Below are positions 23,851-37,569 of a stretch of 64,000 nt of DNA, in pieces. The DNA is taken from the NCBI GenBank assembly GCA_030704615.1, contig CM060733.1, positions 69,750,001 through 69,814,000 of the forward strand. The letters run 5' to 3'. This stretch comes from Takakia lepidozioides. Taxonomy: Eukaryota; Plantae; Bryophyta. The position numbers were made by a program, and so were the translations under genes. The stretch's first letter is position 1, and each line of letters opens with the position of its first letter. Below the pieces are notes generated by a model. It had not been told where the DNA came from. It searched no databases and saw only the letters and a program-made list of their open reading frames with translations.

Positions 23851-25102
23851 TATGGAAGGGACTAATTTGAAGCATGCCCTATGAAGTCTGGTTCACAAGA
23901 AGAAAATTTTATTTGCATCTGGGAGGTCAGTAACAACTCACATGAGCTCAAAGGCTCTCGCAGCCTTGTGCAAATGTCAAAGATTATGGATGCTCCTCAC
24001 AGAAGGACCTTGGAACCACACAAGATACCATATACTTGATTGTCAAGGCTGTGAGTTGTATGCAGCATAAGCAATGCAGTCTCTTTTGGGCCTCCTGTCT
24101 AGAAGAGCTGCAGGTTGGCTAGCACTGCTGCCTTCACCCCCTTCCACATACCAGCTGGGGAATTCAGTGATATCTGCACCGCAGAGCCAGATATTGCCAT
24201 TTTGTGTTCTCCATGTAGTGTTCATGCACCAGAGCAGGGATTGAAGATCATTCATGAGCAGGATTAGTAGGCTATGCCATTACTACCAGTAGGCTGCTGC
24301 ACAATGCAGGTCAATGTGACTGTGGAATATTATTGACCATCCAAAACGAAGAACTGGGTTGAATTGAAGCCAATTTCTTGAAAACGCCATTAGGAAGAAG
24401 TAAAAAATCTGCAATTCGGTCATATTTGATTTCATGTTCCCATTGTCTTGTAACTAATTTAACCAGTCTTGGTGGATCACATGGCACAACATAGCTGACT
24501 CTGGTCATCAAAATGAGCCCTAAGATTCTCTAACAGCAGTGGTAGCTTTGCAGATTTGAGAGTCATTGGAACTGAACAAAAATAGGTGCCAAAGAGGGTC
24601 TCTCCTTATGGTAATGGAGTACCCACCTATGGGTCATATTCTCACCACTATGCCCACCAATTGGACAAACTTTATTGTTTTCTCCTGGGATAACTTACTG
24701 CACAGAGGTAGGTTTCTAACAGACTGTATCTAACATGCAACCTGCCACCTAATTGGGGAAAGGCCCTTTATATCATTGAGTCCGAGTTGCACCTAGACTT
24801 CATAACACTAGTTCCTCGGACAGGCAGATGACTACCTGGTGTGCCCACTTCCACATTGCTCAATTTAGAGCAGCTCTCATCCACTCTAGCTTGGCAAGGC
24901 AAGCTACAAGCGAAGAAGGGTAGGGTAAACACGATGAGCTACATTCACAATTGGCGTGGCCAATAAAATGGCATCAAGGCTGGTGGAAGGGGCCACAAGG
25001 ATATGAAATTCAACTCATCCTAACAGGCTGCACCAAAATGTTGCATTAATATATAGATTTATCTTTCTATGGCAAAAGCCTATATAGGTGGTCAGATTTG
25101 AG

Positions 25103-27875
25103 TCAAGGTGGTTTGCAGTCAGGAGGGGGCTCTGGTGCTGGCTGTGGTCCAGGTGCTTCCTCATCATTAAAGCTCTGCAGTCAAACATCACACATCAACC
25201 TTCATAAATTTTGGCCATTGCTAACATGATGCCATCCCTGGAATTGGTATGTTACAATTGGACATTGACTTTGTCAACAGTGTTACTTCAAACAGCCCAT
25301 GGAGGAGATCTAGCCCATTGACGAACGGACAAAGCATGAATCTTCCACTTTGAACAGAACCATGGTTCATGTTAACATTCCTCATTCACCAGGGAACTTT
25401 CTTCCAGTCAGATATTTTGGTCAAAGCTGCATTGAGCCTGAGATAAGGCACTTCCAGCTGAACAATGCTGGGTATCACGAATAAAACCATGCTGGACCAG
25501 AAATGCTCCAGGATCTCCAGACATGAACATCAACCACAAAAACCAAGCAGGAGACTGATGGGGAAGAAACCGGACAACTGGAGAGAATTTGCACTGAGAA
25601 GGAGATGTACAATGCCAAATGACCTGTGATGTCATCCTGGGATTTCAGAGTGGCACGTAGCCAGAAGTATGTACAACAACATGTCTGTGGCCATCATTGC
25701 AGCAGGCCAAGGCAACAAGGCATTTCGTATCCTTTCTCTCCCACAGGAAATGTGCTTGCACTGACATGTATTCAGCTAGGCATTCATGAAGATTCACCAA
25801 CACAATGGTGACTCCAAGTTTTGCTCCTACTAGTCACAAGGAAGTTCCACAATAAGCTTTTACCAATTGATGTAAGATTGATAGTACACATAAAACCTGG
25901 AAGAAAAGTTGCAATAAAAAAGGGCAATGGCTTACCAGGGAATGAACCTTGGGAGGCAGGTACAGATGTTGCATATTCAATCCATCAGATGCTCCTGCTT
26001 CTTTTGGAGGAGTCTGTGTGCATTATGGGAATTCATACGGGAATAAGAAACTGGGGCTAAGAGAATGGTGTAATACATCTGCCTAGTATAGAATCAACCC
26101 CTAATTGCAGAAATGGAGCAAAAACCTCAAAACACATTGACTGAGTAAAATATTATGGGGAAAGTTTAGGACTGCTCATTGATGGGTCAGATTCTACCTC
26201 TCTCTCTCTTTCAACAGTTCAGATCAGCAGGGAGCCTTATGCCCACAAGGCTACTTCAAGCAGGCCTTACCATTTTCATCACTATTCAGAATCCAACATG
26301 CGCTTCTGACCGGAAGTTAAGGAAAATCTTACCTCAATGCTGAAGTAAGGCTCATGAGTGTACTGAAATAGGGAAGAATAAGCTGCTGGGTCATAAATTG
26401 ATCCCCCAAGCACTTCGTCACTGTTAGACGATTGGCGAACACTTGCGGGCGTGGGACAGTCTGGTGTAAAAATCCCAAGATTGCCAATCCTGCCTTCAAA
26501 ATCCACAGGGTGATACAGGGAGGCTGTGTCAGCTGCTGCACCCAGCCGGTACATCTGAATCCACAAAACGGAAGACATGAAGCGTAGTGCACACCCTGCC
26601 ACTTGCATCCAGAACATGAGCTTCACAGAGAAAGTCCCAAAGTTTCCCAGCTGCGAGTCCTTTGAAATGTGCCTGCGGTCCAAATCATGAGGTTCAGTAG
26701 GAGAAAAGCCTACACTATCACGTTGCATGGTAGGTTTCAACCAATTCAACTTGGGATTCATTGACTTCATACGCTCGCATGTTGAATGAGGTGAGAGGTG
26801 CTTCATTTGAGGATAAGGAGGCCATCAATCAAACAACAATGCCAAGGTCAGCTAAAAACGCTCCACACATGTAGGGTTCGGATCATAAGAGGGTCTGATC
26901 GGATGATTAGTGATGCTTAGAGCCCAAATATTTTGAATTGATGCTCGTCTTCAGCAGAAAACACCGAATCGAAGGGCATGTAGACCTGAACTTTCAGGTG
27001 CACAACTAGGCATCCCTACCACTGTAAACCACCATCATATATCCCAAAAAGCTGTGAGTCCCCCAGAAGCATTAGTAGGCACTTTAAATGTGACTCTTCT
27101 CGAAGTGAGAGTCGCCACAGCAAAATTACCTCAAAATTCTGCTCGGTGGATGACAGTTCTCCATAGATTGTTACACTGGTGTTAATACCTCTCACAAAGA
27201 CACCCCAGACTTCAATTTTGACCTCATTTGCAGTGGATACCTTATCTCAGAGGTGAAGAGGATGAACCAAATAATGTCCAGGATGAGGGCGCAGGCCAGG
27301 AGACCAGCATATGCGCGACCTAGCGTTTGGCTCCCGCTCTCAATGGCCACCAATGCAAACAAGGCCAGTGCCAGGTTCATCAACACAACGCCATTGTACA
27401 GCGCCCCCAGGGATCCAATCAATGCACATACCACCTGTCACATCACAACCACATGGACTTCGTCAGTTCAAACTACAAAGAAACCAGAGAACACGATGCC
27501 TCTGAAGTATAATTCAGGCTGGAAAGCAACTCCATTTTACTACATGTCCCTGTTGCTAAGCCAAATTGAGCGACGTAAAGAGAAGGCCCAAAGCGGAGTT
27601 GTAAATGACAACAGTATAGGTAATCCTCAAGACTGACCTAAAACAAATTTGATCTGACAAAATAAATCTTCGCATCATCGTATTACCCCAACTTCTACTC
27701 GTACTAATGGTATTTCAGCCACTTGGTGCGAGATATGAGGACATGGTGAGAGCGACAAAGAGACGCGGAGAGGAGAGACCTGCACATAGAGGAGAAAAAT
27801 GGCGCAGGCTTGCACATAATCGTAGCTTTTACACCATGGAGTCGCTTCCGTCCAACGGATGCAGCAACACTGCAT
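25103..27875 (-). CDS. Conserved uncharacterised plant multi-pass membrane protein (resembles the Arabidopsis At1g55535 family); exons 27875-27780, 27434-27241, 26672-26333, 26013-25936, 25174-25103
   Basis: CALIGSLGALYNGV..NLALALFALVAIES.SQTLGR, LWIQMYRLG, LGGSIYDPA.YSSLF; GT-AG introns in phase; the last two exons are less certain. Confidence 0.85.
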
Positions 27876-29089
27876 TCTTCCTTCTTCCCCCTCTCAGCCC
27901 AGTCTCCTTGCCTGCTCATGCACCCTGTCAAGGAGACGATGGTGCTGAAAGTGAAGTCAAGATTCCATACACCTCCGGGACAACTCTGAAGGTCTGCTAC
28001 GAGGATCAACTCCGGCAGCATTACAGCCTCGGAGCGACGGTCCCTCGCTTCCCACCATGCCCAGGTTCACAAAGTAGCAACTACATTATTCCCACATCTG
28101 GCTTGACTATCGATGAAGTTGTAGACGGGTATTTGTGAGTAACTGTGTCAGACCTAGGGAGTGAGAGTCTGGATGAGAGAGATTGAAATTGTTTGTTTTA
28201 CGTCTCTCTGGATGAGAGAAAGAGAGGAAAGGAGGGAGGACGGTGCAAGAGTAAAACCCAACGTTCACATGGTTGAATTGGGAAACCGAATTACCGCCTT
28301 AAACAACCTTCGTTCAGGTTGCTCCAAGCTTTCATTGTAGAAAATAGTAGCCTGTCCTCGAGCTCATATGAAGAACGACTATGAGGTTTTATCAAGCTTC
28401 ACATATTTAATTACCTCCAGGGAGGTAACTAAATATTAATGGTTCTTTTGAATAATGTGTGATCAACTCTGAGATTAGTAATACTCGGTACTATTGATAG
28501 TTTTGGAAGGCGCGATGTGAGGCGAGCGAGCTCCGCATTTTGCGGTGAGAGGGAGCCCAACGGTCTCTTCGCCTCTCTCAATCGCTAGCTCCTTACAAGC
28601 CCACACCATCCCTTACATGTAACTATGTCTCCTTTTTTTACTTAGTGACAAAGCCACAATACCAAAAAAAGAAGATTGAGTCGCCTTTCATCTTCTAAGC
28701 ATTTCAAGTTCATTTCACAGTTTTTCTCCATCACTGTTCTAAAATTCATCTCTACTTCATCCCCTTCCCACTATCAGTACACTAACCACTCATTCAATAG
28801 GGAGGTCGGCCTCATAGATCTAACACCCGCCAAAGTTTATGACCTCTCACTCGGTCTCTATTGCCACTCTTTACGGGTCGGCCCATTGTCATTTCACCTC
28901 TGACGGAAGCAAATACTCTAACAGCTCCTGCGGCCTAACTCTCGCGCCCTCTTATGCCTCTACCTCCTATCCTTTTCTTTCCCCCCACCTCTGAACTCTC
29001 ACTAATCTCGCTGCCAATCCTATTGAACTCCTTCTCGGCGGGGAGCTTCCCGCTATTCTTGCTTCTGACGTTCTCAGCTCGCTTACTCG

Positions 29090-30320
29090 ATATGAATCCT
29101 CTCAACAACTCCCAATTCCGGCCCTGCGGACAGAACTGGAACCATAGCCAAGGACCCCAAAGGGGGCCTCCACGAGCACAATACACGCCAAGGCCATCAA
29201 GCTCAGACGATCAGTGGGAACGAAGCTGCGCATGCAATAGTACCAACATCCAGCGCAAATTCCACACCCAGCTAGTCTCCAAGCTGTCGCACCTGGATTC
29301 CTACCTGCAACGCAACAACCCCATACAAACAAGCTTCACAAATCTACGGAGGAAGAAGATACAATGGAGGGCTTCGCAGCCACGCAGGAAGCTTTATGGG
29401 GGGGACTACCCACTCATACCGATGGACATTGCAGACCTCAACAAACGAGTCTCCAGCATGGAAGAGAGCGGCATCCTAGTGCATTTTCCGGGTAAAAAAG
29501 TCGGCAGAGCTTTTGTAAGGGACTGGGCAATCAGATACTTGGGATGAACAAGGGAACTGAAACAGCAATTCTGCCACGCCAAAGGTAGGGGATACTTCTC
29601 CGTTGTTTTTGAAACGCAGGAAGCAGCCTCCCAAGCTCTTCAGTTCAACCCTCACGTGCAAGGTTTCAATTTGAATATTTTCCCATGGTCTGCAAAAATG
29701 GGCCACAGAAACGGAAAACTATGGGCCCCAAAATTGTCTCACTTCCATTTATACCCAACCAATGTCTTGTCAACTTGCCAGACATAGCCAATCATTTCGG
29801 ATCCTACCTGGGATGCTTGGGGGTTTTTGACCCCCTCCTTTGCAGAGAAAAAATCACACAAAATCCAGCATGGAAGTCGGCCACCATCGCATCAAGACTA
29901 AATGAAAATGGCTTTGCCAGAATGGTCCTCGTGATGCTAGATGAGACAACTCTTCTAGACTTTATCTCCCTATAGACGAGGAAGGGAACTACTTCTCCAT
30001 CAGAATGATAGACGAATCCGCTTCATCTGCCTATTTCAATTGTGGTAAACTTGGGCACACTAAAGTTGATTGCCCGACAGAAAAAAAAAAACGGTCTCCA
30101 GGGCTGGGGGAAAAAAATGTTCCATCTCCACCCATAAATCCAACCTGGAGGATAAATGATACCACACCCCCCAGTATGGCACTAGTATGGCAACAACATC
30201 CAAAGGAAAGGGAACACAGACAAGTGACCTGCTCCAAATAAGTCCGACCCCGAGGATGGATAAGAAACAGTGTGACCCAAAGGATCCTATGTATCTGGAA
30301 GCAAGAGCCCCCCACCCAAT
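29090..30320 (+). mobile_element. Degenerate L1-type LINE ORF1 fragment
   Basis: DUF4283-like segment (VRDWA..., GRGYFSVVF) and knuckle remnant YFNCGKLGHTKVDCP; multiple stops and frameshifts. Confidence 0.65.
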
Positions 30321-30999
30321 AGAGACAGGGGGGCTGCTATTTCATGAGCGGCATGAGCATGAGCGGAAAGAAAAAAAGCATGAGCGGACCATTGTGTGTC
30401 CACGGAAATAGGGGTATGAGGCACGGAAATAGGGTCATATGAAGTTGGAATGTGGCACCACTGCATTCGTCATAGCAATGAAATGCAACATTTTATATTT
30501 GCAAATTTGGTGGCAAGCTACATCTATACAAGTGTGTCATAACTGTCATAGTCGGAATGGGCACTACTCTCCTACACCCTCCGAGGAACTTGCCCCACCT
30601 TCCTCCTCATCCCCCTCATCCTCTGAGCTCTGAGATGGATCAGTTCCACTATGCCTCTAAAAAATACCGTCCTCTCCTTGGGGGACTGTCCACCTCACCT
30701 CCTGGGAATCTTCTACCTCTTCTCCCCCACTTTCCTTAGCAGAATCCAAGACAAATCTACGAGCCTCGCGAGCTCTAATAGTTGCTGCCTCCTCCCTCAT
30801 CTTCTTTTTCCTTGGGCTTGTCTCGTCTAAAATCTACTGTACACGACTAGGTTCGGAAGACCTCCTAATGGACACCGAATCAAGCTGGGAAGCATAAGTA
30901 GGAAGGATGTAGTCCCTTTCAGGACTCGATATGAAATCGCCCCTGGCAAAAAAAAACACGTTCCTCCTGCCAATGAACTGCGGTGAAGACGTCCCTCCT

Positions 31000-32450
31000 G
31001 CAGTATTTGGCATCCTACAGTAAGAACAAATCCACTTGAAGAATGTCAATACCAGCAGAAGCAGAAGGGTCTTTCAATGAAACAAGAGAGCGAAGGGAGG
31101 TGCCTCACGAAATCAGGAGGCAATTTACAATGCAACCACTCACTCGTAAACCGGGGGCTCCACGGCTTCAATCCCAACTTCTTCCTCCCCCTGTTCCTTA
31201 TCGGATTATTCCTCATCTCTTCCTCTTTTGGCAGACGTTCAACCGCTGCAAGAGTGGAGTTGTGGAGGGCAGTTTCTGCCTCGAAGGCGAAGACATGCCT
31301 GTCGGACGATATCCCAGCCCACATTGAAGCACCTGAGGGACAAAACGGGAGGTTAGCTCGATGCGGCACACAATTGTAATCGGGCCACGGAACATAATGT
31401 GGATGTGAAGGCTTACCCGTGCCATATGTGAGGTCAAGAATCCGCCTTTGGACATTGGAGCACGTCTCCATGAGGGTTTGGATGAAAGCAGGGCTCTGGG
31501 TCCGGCTGTACCACCACGGTAGGCCTGTCTCTGTGTCCTTCGGCATACTGTCGTTGGGCACATAGTTGTAGAGGATATCGTACGTAACAAGGTCCACAGC
31601 GGCATCAACAAGACGACCGTCGCTGCGGAATTTGAACGTAGACCCTCTCTTCACAAAATAATGTGCATCAAACACCAATGTCTGCACATCAAAGAAAAGA
31701 TGAATCAACTCCAAGCTAAAGTTTAGATACACCACGATATGAAGTGAAGGCAATAGATTCATAACTTACATTCTTGCCCTCTGTTCGCAACCCCTGCGTG
31801 TGATGCAGAACTATTTTTTGAGGAGGACCGGGGTGGCACTCTTCGGTGTCCACTCCGGTTTGACTTCGGAACCCCAGACTACCGGTGACTTGGTAGCAGC
31901 AGTAGCAAGGGCAAGGCCTTGCACAAAGTCGTCATCCGAGTCACTCCCCTTGGCCCCCTCCTGCGCCTCCTCTCGTGCCCCACTGGTTTTCTGTTTCTTT
32001 AGGGTTGCTGCATTCCCCTGTTTCCGTGTCTTTTTCTTCGCCCCCTTTTTCTTCTCATTCAACTTCTCCTGGATACCTGCCTGAGCAAGCTCAGGCGCTT
32101 TCCTAGACTTGGCAAGCGCTTTCACTTCCTTTGGACCCAGCAGAGGCAGCGGAGCTCGGTTTCGGCGGGCCTCAGCATCCAGCTTCAATTGAAACTCCGA
32201 CACGTCGAGCGAGCCAGGTGGAAGGTCCACATACCAAGGGCAGTCGTGCAAATGCTCTAGATGCCACTCCTTCACCATAACGTCAGTGTACATGGAGTCA
32301 GCGCCAGGGTTACGCCATGCGAGGAAAAAGGGCGGCTCGAAGGCAAGATGACCTTTCTCCAACAGGGAGAACTTGCAGTACCTGCATTCAAGAAACCCAC
32401 AGAGAATGAGGTTTCCGTTTTGGCCCAACAAGACCTTTCTCCCGGGAGTG
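31000..32450 (-). pseudogene. Intron-containing, probably transposon-borne gene fragment with an N4/N6-type DNA methyltransferase-like SAM-binding region
   Basis: Removing the GT-AG intron 31333-31416 gives SPAFIQTLMETCSNVQRRILDLTYGTGASMWAGISSDRHVFAFEAE; second intron at 31682-31769; frameshift at ~31811. Confidence 0.6.
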
Positions 32451-32476
32451 AGGTTCCCATTTCGGCCCGAAACTGT

Positions 32477-33350
32477 AAAAATGGCGCCGAATTTCCATGC
32501 AGGGGGGGGGGGGGCGCTACTCCCGGGACAGCCATTTATGGCGGTACTGGAAATTCGGCGCCATTTTTCCAGCTTGGGGGCCAAAATGGCCAAGTCCCTT
32601 GAGCAGCTGGCTCGGAAACTGGAAAAATGGCACCGAATATCCAGTGCAGCGGCCCAGAAATGGCTAAGTCCTTGGGGTGCCGGGCAACGAAACTGGAAAT
32701 TCGGCGCCATTTTTCCAGTAGACGAGGCAGCCCCTCTTGGGACTTAGCCACTTTGGGACCCAACCTGGAAAAATGGCGCCGAATTTCCAGTTCCTTGGCC
32801 CGGAAATGGCTAAATCCCCGGGGTGGCTGGCACCGAAACTGGAAATATGGCGCTATTTTTCCAGTATAGGAGCCAGCCCCTTCTGGGACTTCGCCATTTT
32901 TGGAAACTTGGAAAAATGGCGCCGAATTTCCAGTTCCAGGGCCAAGAAATGGCTAAGTCCCCAGGGTGGATGGCACCGAAACTGGAAATTTGGCGCCATT
33001 TTTCCCGTATCGGAGCCAGCCCCTTCTGGGACTTAGCCATTTTTGGACCCAACTTTGACAAATGCCGCCGAATTTTTAGTTCTGGGGCCAAGAAATGTTG
33101 AAGTCCCCAGGGTGGATGGCAACAAAACTGGAAAATTCGGCGCCATTTTTCCCGTATCGGGGCCAGCTTCTCATTGGACAGCCATTTTGGGCCCCAAGCT
33201 GGAAAAATGGCGCCAAATTTCCAGTTTCGGGGCCTACAAATGGCTAAGTCCCTGGGGTGGCTTCCATCGAAACTGCAAATTCGACGCCATTTCACCAATC
33301 TCGGGGGTAGCCACCCACGGGACCAACCTGGAAACATGGCGCCGGAGTCT
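32477..33350. repeat. Array of ~13 alternating-orientation motifs (AAAATGGCGCCGAATTTCCAG and its reverse complement), ~72-bp spacing, ~145-bp period
   Basis: Forward copies near 32477, 32620, 32766, 32909, 33055, 33199; reverse copies near 32548, 32693, 32839, 32982, 33128, 33273. Confidence 0.92.
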
Positions 33351-33524
33351 TCTGGTGCCATACCTACTGGGACAGCCAATTCTCCGCCCCAAACTGGGAA
33401 TTTGGCCTCATATTCGCAGTTTTTGGGCCCAGAACTCTTGGGACTACAATGGCCATAAATCAAAGATAACGCATGCCCGGAGGAGCCACGAGTTCACCGA
33501 CCAGCCAAACGCGGATAAAGCGGC

Positions 33525-35118
33525 AACCGGGTTGCGGTGGGGGGGCTCCGTGTGGGGGTGGTGGTAGCGTAGGGAGTCATAGTGGGGTGGCACAGGACTC
33601 ACCATGAGGCTGAGGCCTTGTGGTGGGAGTCGTGGGGAGTCTTGGGACTCACCACGGTCCATTGGGGCCGTGGTGGGTGGCCCAAGACTCACCGCGGCTC
33701 ATCACAGGGACAGTCGAGGGTCTAAGTGGTGGTGCACCACATTTGGACTTGGCTACTTGTGGAACCCCCGCGGACACCTACAGAAGTATATATAGGGAGT
33801 AGTAACCCCGAGAACGGTATAAGCCCGTTGGTGACCAAAAGCTAGTGAGTAAGCGCGCGAGCCGGAAAGCGACTAATGTGTAGGGAGCTATTCCGGACTG
33901 CCATCTACCAAAGGGAAATTCCACTAGGCCCAAAGTGGTGGAGGGTCTTTTGGAGGCGCAAGGAGGACCGTTATGCCCCAGTGAGCAGCCGAAGCTCCGA
34001 GTTGGCCCGGTGGCTAGTTTGGGAGTTAGGCGCGCGCATCAAAGCGAGTAACTATGACTTGAAGGGGAGTTTACCGAAGTGAGGTGCGCGACACTTGGTA
34101 TCAGATCTTAGAGTTTAGTACGCGATCGTCCTTGAGATTGGCCTCACCATGGGGTCGGGCAGGACAAAGCGAAAGCGGAACGGCCCGAAAGACGATGATC
34201 CCAGTGAGCCCGGTGGGGGCAACGTGTCACCGAAGCGGCAAATGGAAGAGGCGATTTATGCTTCTGAAAGCGAGGCCGCTTGAGAGTGGGAGGAATTTGG
34301 GGATTCGGAGCCCGGGGACTTCCCAAAGGCTCCGCCAGACCAACAGATGTCTCCCATGCCAGCAGCCTTTTGGGAGGGGTTGCTGGCGCAGTTTGGCGGG
34401 ATGCTAAAAGACGTGATGAGGGCGGCTAATGCCACTTCCACCAAGGCGAAGTTTAAGGTGAAGCCTAAGGATTCGAGGGCGTCCGAAATTGGAAGACACT
34501 CAACACGTGGCTCTTGGAGCTAGAGCAGTACTTCCGGGCGGCCAAGTTGAGTGATGAGGATTGGGTGGAAGTGGCTCCCACCTATTTGAGGGCTATGCTC
34601 AACAATGGTGGCAGAAGCGCCTTCATGACCAAAGGCCGAAACCTTGAGCTGGAGTGGGTTCAAGGAACTTATGAAAAGACAATTTGTGCCCCTCAACGCG
34701 TCCCGGCTCGTCCGGGACAAGATGAGGAACTTGAAGCAACGGATGACATTCGGGGATATGTTCAGGCTTTCAATGTGCTATTGCTCGAAGTCGCGGATAT
34801 GGCGGAACCAGAAATGGTCTTCAACTTTGTGGCAGGACTGGCCCCATGGGCCAGCCCAAATTGGAGGAGAGGCCACCAAAGACTTTGAACAAGGCAATTG
34901 AAAGGGCTGAATGCTTCTCGGATGTCCCTAGGGACGAAAGACAGGGCCGTACGGAGCTGAACCACAAGAAGGTCCGGCGGGAGGGTGACTCCTTCCGACC
35001 AGAAAAGAAGTGGGATAGGCCACGCGGCGACAATGGCATATGGAAATCGAAGGGAGGGCCTTCGCACGTCAAGGCGGCACTCGGTGCTCCGAAAAGAAAA
35101 TCAGGTGCGGCGGCTTAA
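33525..35118 (+). mobile_element. Truncated Ty3/Gypsy element ('family B'): LTR to 34093, tRNA-iMet PBS, degenerate gag
   Basis: ...GCGACA ct TGGTATCAGA (34096); gag WLLELEQYF...FVAGL; homologous to 60250-61905 in inverse orientation. Confidence 0.88.
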
Positions 35119-37569
35119 TACCCCAGCCCAAAAACCCGGACTGACTATGTAGCCTCCGCCTGTGTAGGCCTTGGCAACTATAGCTACAAAGTAATGAAAA
35201 TAGTAAAGAGACGGAGGGGAAGAATAGAGGCCCGACCAAGCAAGATCTAATCCTGATCTATGCTATCAACTACCAGACTTCTCTCAAAGTTCCTCGCTCT
35301 GCAAGATGGTAAGGTGTAGGAGGTATATCTATGTCCAGAAACCTGCCACTAACCTTATCCCAAGCTACAGTAGCCCTCTCTAACGAGCCCTCCTCTTCTC
35401 TCTGCCAGGTAGAGACAAAGCAATACTTCTCTATCTTTTGTTCACTGAATATCAAAGAGAACAAAGGCAGAGTTTGGTGATCTCTCAGCTCAAAAGCTTT
35501 GAGATTGTTGCGGGTGTCCTCATTGCGAAGGACTGCATCACCCTCCAGCAACACAAAGTGCCCGGCTGGTATGAATCCCCGTGTGTAGTTGTCTCGTGCA
35601 GAGTGAGATTGGCATTGACATCTGATTGCACGCACATGTGCAGCTCCCCCTCCCTTGCTCCAATACAACACTTCCTTGTGACTGAACACCTTGGTCCCTG
35701 GAGTTGTCTTTGGCTGTGTCCCCAAGCTCTCAACCACTCAGGTATTTGGCCTACCGTTGGCACAGAGCTGCTCTCTCCAACACCAACAGGACGGACATGG
35801 CTATACCTTGGGGAGTTACACTGAATGTAATGTCACGCTAAAGCCCTTCGACATCGGCTAGAGAGTGTGTCCGTTGTAAAGACCTGGCAGATCGGCAATT
35901 TGAGCCGACCAATTCTTCAGCTCTCTCTCAGGCCCGTACCTGGAATGCGCTTAACACTGGCCCGCCGGTGGCCTTTGAATGCGAGCAGTAAGTCACTAGT
36001 GCTTCAGCCTTTTTAGGCACTAGCAGAAGGATGGCCGATGTCACTGATTCCCTCTCTGAAAGTTGGAGAACACCATCACATGTAGAGTTTGGAATCACCA
36101 AGTATATTACGAAACAGCACAGGACCGTCACATAGATGCTCTGGAAATACCGGCATAGTCTCTCAGGTCATACATGTACATGTCGTTGCTGCCAAAGGCC
36201 TCTCCACTGATATTGGAGTTGCAAGAGATGGGAGAATCATCACATCTGGGCATTTGCCAACTGTTCAACCACCCATTCACCGTCTCCCCTTCACGTTCAC
36301 ACAAATTATCATTAGGTACATCTATCTTGGGTGGTAGCCAACGTGTCGAAGGATCAGATTTCACATCTTGCCACTCGTTCATCTTCCCTGGCAGCTTATA
36401 TCGCTGGGGCTGCCAAGTAGCCGGAAGCTCACACAACTTCTGCCAAGTCTCTACAGCTTCACACTTCTGGCCAAGTGAGTTGAGACCGAGTCGGCCTGTG
36501 GGGATGAGTGCTCAGTCGCACCAACTATAGCCACCACCTTTGAATCAAAGGTCTTTCAAACAGGCTTCAGTATAACCGCTGGTCATATCATCATATCGTC
36601 ATATTTCCACAACTATACCGTAAAAGACATATCGGTTTTGCTGGGCCGCATTCTTCAAGCGATGATGAACAACTCGATATTGTTGCTTACTCCTTTATGC
36701 CTCTGTTTCCTCACCTTTGCTGGAGCTACCGTCCCACTTGAAAAGACTGCCAATGCCACTTACCTACGAACCCTGTAGAATATACTAAGTAACATCTCCT
36801 ACAGATCGAACACCGTAGCAGCATATATGCATCGCAACTCATTTGAGTACCATCTCTCAAAACATGGTATCTTGCTTTATATTCTTAAAAGTAAACAAAA
36901 TGCCAGTGCTAACTAACACTCATGTCTTGCACTGAAAAACACAAGCAGATCTCTCAAGTGATTGAAAACTAAACTCACGCCGTCATGACACACAAACACA
37001 AAATACAATCACTCGGGATTCCAAGAACGCAGATAATATCCACGCAGCTTTCTGAAGTACATGGGGCCTTGCCGGAATCATCTGCCACTCCCCCTCGCAA
37101 GACAAATGCTCTGGACCAAGCTCCCTCCACCAGCGTGGCGTGACCTTCGAGTCCCCCTCCACTCTTTCGCCGGAGTTTGAGCGAGATGTCAACTGGAAAC
37201 ACCTCAAGACTTCATCCAAGGCCTCGAGACTTAATTACTCTTAAACCTTTCTACTTTAGGAAAGGTCAATGACAAAAATCTACGTTCTATCATTCGCGAT
37301 ATTGCTAATGTAAGGTCAAAGGGTCGGTTCGTTTAGGGACCATCAGTCTGTGTAGGCTTGCCTACATTAAAGTGGTCTTCTCTCTTGGGATCTGTCCCAG
37401 TACTTGGTTCTTCAAAATCCCAATTGGTGGATGTATGGCTCTCATTACACTAATCACGATGTGTGTGCCTTATGGCTTAATCGGGGTTTTATTTTTTTTC
37501 CTCTCAATAAGTTATGAATAAAATTAATCAAGGCAATAAATCCTGTTCTCAAAAAAACAAAATAAAATA

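Noticed and set aside
32477-33350. CRISPR-like array (regularly spaced, partly palindromic repeats)
   Set aside because: Motifs alternate in orientation, the spacers are themselves repeated, there are no cas genes, and the context is eukaryotic.
32261-33567. Numerous overlapping ORFs on both strands
   Set aside because: Products of a GC-rich, stop-poor repeat array.
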